A stretch of 64,000 nucleotides of DNA from Acidobacteriota bacterium. GTDB taxonomy: Bacteria > Acidobacteriota > UBA6911. Of this stretch, positions 20,048 through 29,664 are shown in pieces. Each line of letters opens with the position of its first letter. The stretch's first letter is position 1. The DNA is taken from the NCBI GenBank assembly GCA_963664705.1, contig OY761556.1, forward strand, positions 6,304,001-6,368,000, given 5' to 3'. The notes under the pieces were generated by a model. The model saw nothing but the letters and a program-made list of their open reading frames with translations. It did no database searches and was not told where the DNA came from. The translations under genes and the position numbers were made by a program.

Positions 20048-20799
20048 CGCCTCTCGTTGAGATTACGGCTCTCACCATGCACTTCGATGGTGTCACTGCC
20101 TTGGATGATTTTTCGTGTACTATAGAACAAAGGGAGATCCTCGGCTTGATGGGCCCCAATGGGGCCGGAAAAACTACTCTCCTCAACGTTCTCACTGGCC
20201 TACATACTCCCGACAGAGGAAACGTAACCTTCAAAGGCAAAAATGTCATCGGTCGCCAAGTTCACGAGATCGCACGCCTCGGAGTTGCGCGAACTTTCCA
20301 GAACCTACGCCTCATTCGCCATCTCACGGTTCTGCAGAATGTACTTCTTTGCTTTCAGAATCAACCAGGCGAGCATCTATACGACCTCTTCTTGAAACAC
20401 GGCACCTGTCTTTTACATGAACGGAGAAACCAAGAAAGTGCCAGAACCATTCTGTCGAGAGTCGGACTAGTGCAATCTCAAAATACTCTGGCAGACGACC
20501 TTTCTTATGGCCAACAGAAACTCCTGAGCTTGGCTTGCTGCATCGCCACGGACGCCGAACTTCTGCTGTTGGATGAACCGGTTGCAGGCATCGCCCCAGG
20601 ATTTATAGAAACCATTCTGACCGTCATCCAAGAGTTGTCTAAAGAAGGCAGGTCGGTGCTCGTCGTAGAGCATAACGTTGAGGCTCTGAATCGAATTTGC
20701 CGCCGAGTTATCTTTATGGATGCGGGACGCCAACTCTGCGAAGGAACTCCAACCGAGGTTTTTAACGATCAAAGGATCGTCGAGTCCTATCTCGACTGA
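20044..20799 (+). CDS. LivG-like ABC ATPase
   Basis: GPNGAGKTT, ARTFQ, LSYGQQK, LLLDEP. Confidence 0.92.
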   Translation: MTPLVEITALTMHFDGVTALDDFSCTIEQREILGLMGPNGAGKTTLLNVLTGLHTPDRGNVTFKGKNVIGRQVHEIARLGVARTFQNLRLIRHLTVLQNVLLCFQNQPGEHLYDLFLKHGTCLLHERRNQESARTILSRVGLVQSQNTLADDLSYGQQKLLSLACCIATDAELLLLDEPVAGIAPGFIETILTVIQELSKEGRSVLVVEHNVEALNRICRRVIFMDAGRQLCEGTPTEVFNDQRIVESYLD

Positions 20800-20807
20800 C
20801 AACAATT

Positions 20808-21509
20808 ATGCTCGCAATTAGACAGATGGACTCGGGATACGGCAAAAGGCAGGTGCTTTATGGCCTCTCGCTCAGGATCCAACCGGGCGAGATCGTCGCG
20901 CTAATTGGCCCCAATGGAGCCGGCAAATCAACTGTCCTTAAAGTCATTCACGGCCTGTTACCAGTTTGGGCCGGCGAAGTTTTGTTTGAAGGGATTGGCC
21001 TGGACCGCACCGGCCCCGCTATTCGAGTGGCAAAAGGCATTACTTTTGTGCCACAAGGAAACCGTGTTTTTGGGGATCTCTCCGTCAGGGAGAATTTGGA
21101 GATGGGTGGGGCTCAACTTCCAAAGGAGCTGATCCAAGATCGTATGGAAGAAGCCTTGCAGTTCTTCCCAGCTTTGTGCGATCGCCAACAAACTATTGCC
21201 GGATCCCTTTCAGGCGGAGAACAACAGATGCTTGCTCTCGGTCGTGCCCTTATGACTCGGCCCAAACTCCTGTTGCTGGACGAACCATCCTTAGGTCTAT
21301 CCCCAAATATCAGTTCCCAGGTTTTCGAAAAAATAGCGGACATCAACCGAGAGACAGGCTCCGCTATTTTGATTGTCGAACAGAAAGTTCGTGAAGTTCT
21401 CCTCATTGCGGAACGTATCTACTCTCTAAAGCTCGGGAAGGTCTTCTATGATGGAGGTGCGCAGCCATTGCGGGATGATAATGAACTCCTAAAACGCCTC
21501 TTTCTCTGA
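20808..21509 (+). CDS. LivF-like ABC ATPase
   Basis: GPNGAGKST, LSGGEQQMLA, LLLDEPSLGL. Confidence 0.92.
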   Translation: MLAIRQMDSGYGKRQVLYGLSLRIQPGEIVALIGPNGAGKSTVLKVIHGLLPVWAGEVLFEGIGLDRTGPAIRVAKGITFVPQGNRVFGDLSVRENLEMGGAQLPKELIQDRMEEALQFFPALCDRQQTIAGSLSGGEQQMLALGRALMTRPKLLLLDEPSLGLSPNISSQVFEKIADINRETGSAILIVEQKVREVLLIAERIYSLKLGKVFYDGGAQPLRDDNELLKRLFL

Positions 21510-21686
21510 GGGGAGGTAATGCCTGCAGATATGCCTGATGCCGCGTATTGATCCATTCCGGCATGCTTCATAGACATTGTGTCTCCGAACCACCAGCTTT
21601 GATAGGCGGTACTTGAGCCAAGTCCGTTGTCTGTAATTCAACAATCTGACATTTTGTAAAATATCAGCACTAACTCCTTTGTTTAC

Positions 21687-21715
21687 TTGACAGACATCTA
21701 TCATTATTTTACGAT
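21687..21715 (+). promoter_or_regulatory. Sigma70-like promoter of the recombinase gene
   Basis: TTGACA-N17-TACGAT; near-perfect IR CTGACATTTT/AAAATATCAG just upstream (~21646-21667). Confidence 0.55.
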
Positions 21716-21758
21716 ATAGCAACTCTGATATCAAAACGTCAAATCAGAAAGGCCCAAA

Positions 21759-22346
21759 ATGAGCAAATTGTTCATGTCAGAACAAGACATCAAAACTCTC
21801 ATGACTCTGGCCAAAAAAGATCCGCGAGATTATGCGCTCTTAAAACTGATGGCCTCCACCGGGCTCCGCGTCAGCGACATTGTGCGCCTTCGTCGAGATC
21901 AGATGATTGACAGCGACGGCCTGGTTGTAAGAGCAGTTCGAATCAAAATGGAAAAAACTGATCGCTGGATCGATCGCTCTCTTCGAGAGGATGCCCGAGA
22001 GGCTGTCCGAGAATATCTTGCTGCCAGGCATGATTTGCATCCCTGGCTATTTATCAGTCAATCCCGCAGAACAAAATTCGTTGTACCGGGTCCCCTAACC
22101 CGATCGGCAACGCACCAGATCGTAAAAAAATATTTGGCAATGATCTATCCGGCCAGCTTAATCCAGGGGACCGCAACGCATGTGCTTCGCCGGTCAGTCG
22201 CCAAGCTGATCAATCGGAAGACCGGCAGGATCGAAACTGCACAGGAGTGGCTAGGGCACACCAGCACGGCGCATACGCGGGCTTATATTGATGCGGAAGA
22301 TTACCGAGAGAAGGCAAACGGCGTGGTTGCAGGGTTGGACATTTAG
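21759..22346 (+). CDS. Small tyrosine recombinase (catalytic domain only)
   Basis: TGLRVSD, HVLRR, LGH...TRAY catalytic residues. Confidence 0.88.
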   Translation: MSKLFMSEQDIKTLMTLAKKDPRDYALLKLMASTGLRVSDIVRLRRDQMIDSDGLVVRAVRIKMEKTDRWIDRSLREDAREAVREYLAARHDLHPWLFISQSRRTKFVVPGPLTRSATHQIVKKYLAMIYPASLIQGTATHVLRRSVAKLINRKTGRIETAQEWLGHTSTAHTRAYIDAEDYREKANGVVAGLDI

Positions 22347-22483
22347 CCTGAATGCTGACTCAGGTCACGTCGTGACAAATAATTCATCCTGTTTGTAACC
22401 ATGCGGCACTTGGGATCTAAAATCCCATCTCGTCCCTCGTTATAACGCCAGTTCTCCAAAGAGTGCCCCAGACCGGAGAATGG

Positions 22484-23209
22484 CTACGGCTGAATAGGGG
22501 CTTTCGTCTTCAGCTGAACTACCATGGTATTCCAGAATTCGCGTGCAACGCGAAAATATTCCCTCAAATCCTGCGGAGTGACGAAGAAATCCTGGCCTGC
22601 GAGCGGCAGACGCGTGGGCAGCTTTTCGGAAAACATTTTGATTTCTTCGCCGCGAATACAGGGGGCGACGAACATGTCGGGGCGTACCAAATAAAGTTTT
22701 GAACTTGCTGCGCCGTCGTCAGCATGTTTCACGGTGTCCGCGACGAGCCGCAGCTCATCTATTTTGGGGAATATCGAAAACTGGCGGCATTCGATTCCCA
22801 ATAGCTCTTTTATCCTCGCGAACGCCTGCTTTATGGTTAAGGGCCGGTTACTGGAGTCTGTCGGCTTGATCAGTTCGTTCGAGCAGAAAGCGATTAGTTG
22901 CTGCTCGAGAAGATGGAAAAGAGTTACAACCATTGAATTCAGGACGATCTGCTGAACCGAGGTCATTGCCTCGAAATAGGCGATGCCTGCATCTTGCGCC
23001 TGCTCGGCCAGATCATCTATGTCAATTTCATCAGTTCCAGGGAGATTGCCAAGGCGATCGTACTCGGATTGGCATGCCGTCTCCGCTTCCTTCCCAATCT
23101 GCTCGAAGGACGGGAGCAATTTCTTAAATATGCCACTCTCGAGTATGTCGAGCTGCCAAAGAAACACCTTGCCAATGTACGAGGCATAGAACTGCGCATT
23201 ATGGATCAT
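22484..23209 (-). CDS. Hypothetical helical protein, possibly HEPN-like
   Basis: 241 aa ORF; FHLLEQQL and ELRLVADTVKH motifs. Confidence 0.55.
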   Translation of the reverse strand: MIHNAQFYASYIGKVFLWQLDILESGIFKKLLPSFEQIGKEAETACQSEYDRLGNLPGTDEIDIDDLAEQAQDAGIAYFEAMTSVQQIVLNSMVVTLFHLLEQQLIAFCSNELIKPTDSSNRPLTIKQAFARIKELLGIECRQFSIFPKIDELRLVADTVKHADDGAASSKLYLVRPDMFVAPCIRGEEIKMFSEKLPTRLPLAGQDFFVTPQDLREYFRVAREFWNTMVVQLKTKAPIQP

Positions 23210-23731
23210 TTTTAGAGTGCAAACCTTTTTGAATTTCTATCCTATATCTGCAAAGCCATTTAAGGCAATGCCCATTACACTATCGTTCGCGGACTGGAGT
23301 GCTGAAGACGCGAATTTCCCTTTCGTGTATAGAGCGGTCTTGATATACAAGAACCTATTTGGGTTTCGTTGGAAACTATTCCAGGCGGCCAACCACAATA
23401 GTTGTCCGGCATACTAATCAATGTCAGCTCCGATGCTGGATTCACTCAACCCATAATCCAATCGTATAATTTTGACCCAAGAACATTCGGGTCCGAATTC
23501 CAGGAGGGGGGGTAGGGTCCGGGGTTGGCCCTCTCGCATTGTATAGGGGGTCCCAATCGCTGGTTCCACCTGGGATAAAAATCTACTCATCCCACCTTTT
23601 GTTGCAAAATGTAACTAAAGATGACTTTCCAAATGAAACGGGTTTTGGCTGCCGCGCTGAGGCTCCACTAAGAGATAAAAGTTTTACAATTCGCCGGCTA
23701 ATTTGCCGGCGAAAGTGTATAGTATCCCACT

Positions 23732-24538
23732 ATGGTGGGTATGCTACATATGCTGGATCTTCCGATAAACGAAAGTGATAAAAAGCGGCTAAGCGAAGAT
23801 GGGTTTCGATGGGGTGCGATTGGCACGCACACCAGCCGGACCATCATGCTCGACGAGCTTGGAGCGGTACTTGCCAAGTGTTCACCCACGGCAATGCGCG
23901 ACGAGTATCTCTTGGCAATACATGAAGACAACTGCCTGGGAAAGCGTACCACAGCAACGCGGAAGCTTTCCAGCCAGCGACTTTCGGAGTTGTACTCACT
24001 CGACTCAAAGGTACCTCTGTTCCGCATCATGCGAAGGTTCTGGTATGCAGACCGCGATGGACAAGCAATTCTTGCGATATTGCTGGCCCTTGCGCGCGAT
24101 CCGTTATTAAGAATCAGCGCCCCTCCCGTGCTCCGGATGCGCCCTGGTGAAGAGCTTTCAAGACAGCAGATTACCGATGCGCTCAGCCGTGCGGTTGGCA
24201 GCCGCCTCAGCGATAGTACGCTCGATAAGGTTGTTAGGAACGCGGCCTCTTCCTGGACACAATCGGGACATCTGAAAGGCAGGGGAAGAAAAATCAGGCA
24301 GAGTGTCACTCCAACGGCCGTAACGACAGCTTACGCCCTCCTGCTGGGCTACCTCATGGGCATGCGCGGCATGGTTCTCTTCGAGTCATTATGGGCTCAG
24401 GTGCTCGACGCCCCTGTGCCCGAACTTATAAATCTCGCAATGGATGCCCGACGGCTAGGATTCCTGGACATGAGCCAATCGGGAGGCGTGATTTCTGTTG
24501 ATTTCTCGCGGCTCCTGGCGCAAGACGAAAGGCGGTAG
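23732..24538 (+). CDS. brxA: BREX BrxA-like protein
   Basis: GTHTSRTIML, ENCLGK-like motif, SSWTQSGHL; first gene of the BREX operon. Confidence 0.7.
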   Translation: MVGMLHMLDLPINESDKKRLSEDGFRWGAIGTHTSRTIMLDELGAVLAKCSPTAMRDEYLLAIHEDNCLGKRTTATRKLSSQRLSELYSLDSKVPLFRIMRRFWYADRDGQAILAILLALARDPLLRISAPPVLRMRPGEELSRQQITDALSRAVGSRLSDSTLDKVVRNAASSWTQSGHLKGRGRKIRQSVTPTAVTTAYALLLGYLMGMRGMVLFESLWAQVLDAPVPELINLAMDARRLGFLDMSQSGGVISVDFSRLLAQDERR

Positions 24539-24542
24539 ATCA

Positions 24543-25103
24543 ATGGGAAGGATCGAAGAACTGGCCACTCGATACCGCGGACACATCGCCGCACCATGGC
24601 AACGTAACCTCGCTGGAGATCAGAAGGCAATTTTTGTAGTGTATCCGAAAGCAGATGAGCGAAAGCTGCGAGCGCGGATGGAGCTTTTCGAAATGGCCAC
24701 TACATCAGCCGGGCACCGCTGGCGGCCACTTGATCTGACCGGCACCTTTGCGCGATGGATGGCTGAAACCACATACCGCGATATCTACTTCGAGGAACCG
24801 GAAACGCTGTCGATGAAGCTGCGCAGTGACTTTGTGCAGTACGCGGCTGGTAGGCTTCGCGAGGCGTTAACGGCTGAGGGGGTAGATGATGATACCGTAG
24901 TGGCAGTACAGGGCGTCGCAGGCCTCTTCGGCTTCACCCGTGTTTCGCTGGTGCTCAAGGAAGTGGTGAAGGACATTCGTGGCCGGCTGGTAGTGTTTTT
25001 CCCCGGCGAGTATGAGGACAACATCTATCGACTGTTGGATGCACGTGACGGCTGGAACTATCTGGCTGTGCCGATCACGCTCCATAACGGGGTGCACGAC
25101 TGA
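24543..25103 (+). CDS. brxB: BREX BrxB-like protein
   Basis: GRLVVFFPGEY...YRLLDARDGWNYLA; coupled to brxC. Confidence 0.8.
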   Translation: MGRIEELATRYRGHIAAPWQRNLAGDQKAIFVVYPKADERKLRARMELFEMATTSAGHRWRPLDLTGTFARWMAETTYRDIYFEEPETLSMKLRSDFVQYAAGRLREALTAEGVDDDTVVAVQGVAGLFGFTRVSLVLKEVVKDIRGRLVVFFPGEYEDNIYRLLDARDGWNYLAVPITLHNGVHD

Positions 25104-28100
25104 TGAAAAACAAACAACTATTCCAACGAGATCCCGCTGTATCCAAGCTGTTGAATGACGGAGTTGCTGCTGTACGCGAAGCAGCGAGTGCCAAGGAAAT
25201 CGAGACGCTCCGGTATGAGCTTGAGCACTTTGTGTGCGAAGGCCAGTACGAGGATGGCTTGGTTCGCATACTGGAATCCTATCTCGGGAATGTTAGCTCG
25301 ACGACACAGCCGGCAGCATGGGTAAGCGGTTTTTACGGCAGTGGAAAATCTCATTTGCTCAAGATGTTTCGCCATTTATGGGTAGATTCTCGTTTCGACG
25401 ACGGTTCGACAGCCCGTGGTTTAGCGCGGCTCCCTCAGGAAGTTCAGGATCTGCTGCGCGAACTTGACACGCTAGGCAAGCGCAGCGGCGGCTTGCACGC
25501 AGCGTCGGGGACACTTCCCTCAGGCGGAGGCGAGAGCGTTCGACTAGCCGTGTTGAGTATCGTTTTTTCTTCCAAAAACCTGCCGGAAGCACTGCCGCAG
25601 GCACAGTTCTGTATGTGGCTCCAGAAGAATAACTTCCTCGACAGTGTGAAGTCGGCAGTAAAAGCTGCAGGCAAGGAATTTTATAGTGAACTGCACGACC
25701 TTTACGTCAGTCCGATTCTTGCCCAAGCCGTTCTCGATGCCGATCCCAGCTTCGCTGCCGACCTTAAAACGGCTCGCGCTGCGCTGCGAACTCAATTCCC
25801 AGTGGTCGAAGATATTTCAACAACTGAGTTTATCCGGATGGCCCGCGAGGTGCTCTCGGTTGATGGCCAAATTCCCTGCAGTGTTATTGTGCTGGATGAA
25901 ATCCAGCTTTTCATTGCCGGCGATCCGGTGCGGTCCACGGACGTACAGGAAGTAGCAGAGGCACTGTGCAAGCAACTTGATAGTCGGGTACTCCTGATCG
26001 GAGCCGGGCAACAGGCGCTGGCGGCGCAGGACCAGTTGCTTCAACGTCTCACTGGCCGATTCACTATACCGGTGGAATTGTCTGATTCCGATGTAGAAAC
26101 AGTTACTCGACGCGTGGTGCTTTCGAAAAAGGCAGACAAAAAGAAGGCTATTGAGGATACGATGAATGCCCATGCTGGTGAAATTAACCGCCAGCTTGTC
26201 GGTACACGCATCGCCGCATGTGCGGAAGACCGCGATATAGTTGTGGATGATTACCCATTATTGCCAGTTCGCAGGCGATTCTGGGAGCATGTACTACGCG
26301 CAGTGGATGTACCCGGTACGGCAAGTCAGCTTCGTACACAACTGAAGATTGTCCATGAGGCAGTGCGGCAGACGGCTGAGGCAGACTTAGGCACCGTAGT
26401 TGCTGCTGATTTCATCTTTGAGCAGATCAGCCCGGACTTACGAAAGACCGGAATCCTGCTCCGTGAAATAGATGAAACGATTCGCAATCTCGATGATGGC
26501 ACGCCCGATGGCCGACTTGCCCAAAGGCTGTGCGGCCTGATTTTCCTGATTCGTAAGCTGCCGCTGGAAGCTGTTGCCGACATTGGCGTCCGTGCGACTC
26601 CAGAGATGCTGGCTGACCTGATGGTAGCTGATTTGGCTAATGATGGGACGGAACTTCGAAAACACATCCCGCGCATCCTCAAGCTTCTTGCAGATCCGCC
26701 GGCCGAATCGGAACGGCCATCTTGGCTACGTAAGGCCATGCAGGACAAAGGTGCGCTGCTGATCGAGATCGAGGGCGAATACAGCCTTCAAACTCGTGAG
26801 AGCAGCGAGTGGGACCGCGAATTCCGCAATCGCCAGACGCGACTGAACAGCGACCTTACTTTTATTACAAGCAAGCGTGGCTCACTCATTAGCGCATGCT
26901 GTGGCGAGTTGCTCAAGAGCATCAAGCTCGCGCAGGGCAAGTGCAAGGAGCCGCGGAAGCTGCTGATACATTTTGGCAGTGAAGCTCCATCGGCTGGTGG
27001 AACAGACATTCCGGTGTGGATCCGCGACGGATGGGGCGAGAAGGCAAGCACTGTTGTGAACGATGCTCGTGCCGCCGGAAGTGATAGCCCTATCATCTAC
27101 ATCTATATTGAAAAGGCGAGTGCCGATGACCTTCAGAAGACGATCGCAGAATATGAAGCCGCGAAATCCACACTAGACTTCAAAGGTACTCCCACCACTC
27201 CCGAAGGGCGCGAGGCTCGTGATGCCATGGCTACACGGATGGCATCAGCCGAAGCGTCTCGTAACCAGATCGTTAAGGATGTTATAGACCGAGCCAAAGT
27301 CTTTCAGGGCGGCGGTGGTGAGCGTTTCGAGTTGAGTCTCACTGCTAAGGTGGAATCGGCTGCGCTGGCATCGCTCGATCGATTATTTCCCAACTTCAAG
27401 AGTGCGGACGACAGCCGCTGGACTAATGTTATCAACCGCGCCAAGAATGGTGATGAAGCAGCTCTATCTGCTGTGGACTGGACTGACGCTCCGGATAAGC
27501 ACCCCGTTTGTGCGGCCGTGCTTTCGGAGATCGGTTCGGGTAAACGTGGCAAAGATATCCGCGACGCTTTCGAAATCAGCCCATACGGTTGGCCCCGTGA
27601 TGCCGTGGATGGCGCACTAATAATGCTGCACACAACCGGGCACATCCGCGCTGTCCATAAGGGGATGACCCTTTCACAGGGGCAGCTCGACCAGGCGAAG
27701 ATTTCCGTTACTGACTTTCGCGCGGAGACAGCCACAATTAATGCCAAGGATAGAATTAAGCTCCGCAAATTATTCCAAACGGCAGGAGTGGACTGCAAAC
27801 CTAACGAGGAAACCGCTAAGGCACCCGTCTTTCTGGCGCGTCTTATTGAACTGGCAGACTCCATTGGCGGTGAGCCGCCAATGCCAGTGCGCCCTGGGAC
27901 TGGGTATCTCGATATGCTCCGCGGTTTTGGTGGTGTTGAGCAATTGGTTGAAATCCTTAAAGCCCACGACATGCTTGCCGAGCAAACGAAGAACTGGGGT
28001 AAGCTCTCCGAACTCGCTGGCAAGCGCAAGCCCGCCTGGGTCATGCTCAATACCCTGCTCAAACACGCCGACGCCATGCCCGGAGCTGATGAACTCCGCA

Positions 28101-28600
28101 AGCAGGCCGATGCCGTGAAGTCGGAGCGCCGATTGCTAGATACCAGTGACCCTGTGCCCGATATCCGCAAAGCCGCAACAGATGCACTTCGCACGGCCGT
28201 AACCGCCGCGCACGGTGAATACGAGAGGTCTTATAACGAACAGATGGTCAGCTTCACAACCAGCGACAACTGGAAGAAGCTCACAGATGTACAGCGAAAG
28301 CAAATTCTCTCGGATGAAGATATAGAAGAGCTACCCGTATTGTCCGTCGGAAGCGAAGCAGATCTTATCCGTGCATTGGATGGAATTGCCCTGCCTAATT
28401 GGAAGACCAAGATTGATGCGCTGCCTCAGCAGTTTGCTCGCGCAGCAATGGCTGCTGCCAGGCTTTTAGAGCCGAAGACGCAGAATGTTCATCTCAAGAG
28501 CGGAACTCTTAAGACCGAAGCAGAGGTCAAAACGTGGCTCATGGAAACTGAGAAAGCATTGATAGAGCGGTTGCAGAGAGGCCCTCTAGTCATTAACTAA
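25103..28600 (+). CDS. brxC: BREX P-loop ATPase BrxC
   Basis: WVSGFYGSGKSHLLK Walker A, VLDE Walker B, YPLLP, PYGWPRD. Confidence 0.92.
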   Translation: MKNKQLFQRDPAVSKLLNDGVAAVREAASAKEIETLRYELEHFVCEGQYEDGLVRILESYLGNVSSTTQPAAWVSGFYGSGKSHLLKMFRHLWVDSRFDDGSTARGLARLPQEVQDLLRELDTLGKRSGGLHAASGTLPSGGGESVRLAVLSIVFSSKNLPEALPQAQFCMWLQKNNFLDSVKSAVKAAGKEFYSELHDLYVSPILAQAVLDADPSFAADLKTARAALRTQFPVVEDISTTEFIRMAREVLSVDGQIPCSVIVLDEIQLFIAGDPVRSTDVQEVAEALCKQLDSRVLLIGAGQQALAAQDQLLQRLTGRFTIPVELSDSDVETVTRRVVLSKKADKKKAIEDTMNAHAGEINRQLVGTRIAACAEDRDIVVDDYPLLPVRRRFWEHVLRAVDVPGTASQLRTQLKIVHEAVRQTAEADLGTVVAADFIFEQISPDLRKTGILLREIDETIRNLDDGTPDGRLAQRLCGLIFLIRKLPLEAVADIGVRATPEMLADLMVADLANDGTELRKHIPRILKLLADPPAESERPSWLRKAMQDKGALLIEIEGEYSLQTRESSEWDREFRNRQTRLNSDLTFITSKRGSLISACCGELLKSIKLAQGKCKEPRKLLIHFGSEAPSAGGTDIPVWIRDGWGEKASTVVNDARAAGSDSPIIYIYIEKASADDLQKTIAEYEAAKSTLDFKGTPTTPEGREARDAMATRMASAEASRNQIVKDVIDRAKVFQGGGGERFELSLTAKVESAALASLDRLFPNFKSADDSRWTNVINRAKNGDEAALSAVDWTDAPDKHPVCAAVLSEIGSGKRGKDIRDAFEISPYGWPRDAVDGALIMLHTTGHIRAVHKGMTLSQGQLDQAKISVTDFRAETATINAKDRIKLRKLFQTAGVDCKPNEETAKAPVFLARLIELADSIGGEPPMPVRPGTGYLDMLRGFGGVEQLVEILKAHDMLAEQTKNWGKLSELAGKRKPAWVMLNTLLKHADAMPGADELRKQADAVKSERRLLDTSDPVPDIRKAATDALRTAVTAAHGEYERSYNEQMVSFTTSDNWKKLTDVQRKQILSDEDIEELPVLSVGSEADLIRALDGIALPNWKTKIDALPQQFARAAMAAARLLEPKTQNVHLKSGTLKTEAEVKTWLMETEKALIERLQRGPLVIN

Positions 28601-28610
28601 TTTTGGAGCA

Positions 28611-29657
28611 GTGCAACTGATGGAGAATAGCCAAAAGAAGATATTCATAAGTCATGCCACTGTGGACAAAGAGCTTGCAGATAAATTGATTGAGCTTCTA
28701 GCTACGGGTTGTGACATAAGCCCCAACGATATCCTTTGCACCTCTGAATCGGGGATGGGTGTCCCCATTGGGAATTCGAATTTCATCGAGTATTTGCAGA
28801 AGCAGATGCAGAATCCGGCTTTGGTCGTTTTACTCTTGAGCCAGAATTATTTTGCTAGTCCATTCTGTTTATGTGAGTTGGGAGCGACTTGGGGACTAAT
28901 GCTTCCGATCTTCCCGTTGGTTGTACCACCAGTTAATAAAGCAAATCTTAAGGCGACTCTGCTAGTTACCCAAGCCGGTTATGTGAACGATGTGGAAAGC
29001 CTTCATGAGCTAAGAGATAGGATAAGAGATGACCTCGGAAAATCAGTTGCTACGGCATCGTGGGATGTAAAGGCTAAAAAATTTGTTAAAACGATAGATT
29101 CTATTATCGATTCCTTGCCAACACCTTCAATGGTCTCTAAGGAAAAAATGACAGCCTTGTCTGAGAAATATGATGAAGCAGTTCAAGTAATCGAAGGCAA
29201 AGAAGATGAGATTGAACAGCTCAGGAAACAGATCAACGATTTGGAAAAACTTAAAGACAAGAAACAGGTGAGATTAGTTCGTCAGAAATACTCAACTAAA
29301 GATGAAGAGTTCTCATTGCTTTGTGAAGAAGCGAGTGCGGCAGTTGAAGCATTGGGCTTGGCAACGCGTATTGCTCTGTTCTATGAACAGCGCAATGAGT
29401 CCTATGTTCCAGATGACATAGAAAATAGAGATGCTGTGAATGGAGCATTGGCAATTCAGGAAATTGACCATAATGAGGGCTATTTTTATCCAAACCATAA
29501 TCACCCTCGTGTCCGCAAGGCGCAGAGTGCTCTTAATGAACTGCAAAAATTTATCGAAAAAAATGGGAAATTCGTTGAGGAGCTTGAGGACGAACACAAC
29601 TTTCCCATGAATACAGGAAATAAAGAATTTTGGCGCAAATATCTATCCAGAATTTGA
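28611..29657 (+). CDS. TIR domain protein with coiled coil, inserted in BREX
   Basis: IFISHA, LLSQNYFASPFCLCELGA (catalytic Glu retained); heptad-rich middle. Confidence 0.88.
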   Translation: MQLMENSQKKIFISHATVDKELADKLIELLATGCDISPNDILCTSESGMGVPIGNSNFIEYLQKQMQNPALVVLLLSQNYFASPFCLCELGATWGLMLPIFPLVVPPVNKANLKATLLVTQAGYVNDVESLHELRDRIRDDLGKSVATASWDVKAKKFVKTIDSIIDSLPTPSMVSKEKMTALSEKYDEAVQVIEGKEDEIEQLRKQINDLEKLKDKKQVRLVRQKYSTKDEEFSLLCEEASAAVEALGLATRIALFYEQRNESYVPDDIENRDAVNGALAIQEIDHNEGYFYPNHNHPRVRKAQSALNELQKFIEKNGKFVEELEDEHNFPMNTGNKEFWRKYLSRI

Positions 29658-29664
29658 GATTTTT

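Noticed and set aside
23503-23555. G-rich tract as a packaging site or G-quadruplex
   Set aside because: No terminase or capsid genes nearby, and only base composition supports it.
27304-28194. 296-aa antisense ORF, and similar shadow ORFs such as 4535-5128, 6924-7562 and 23698-24309
   Set aside because: They lie opposite well-supported genes, show no motifs and are expected in GC-rich coding DNA.
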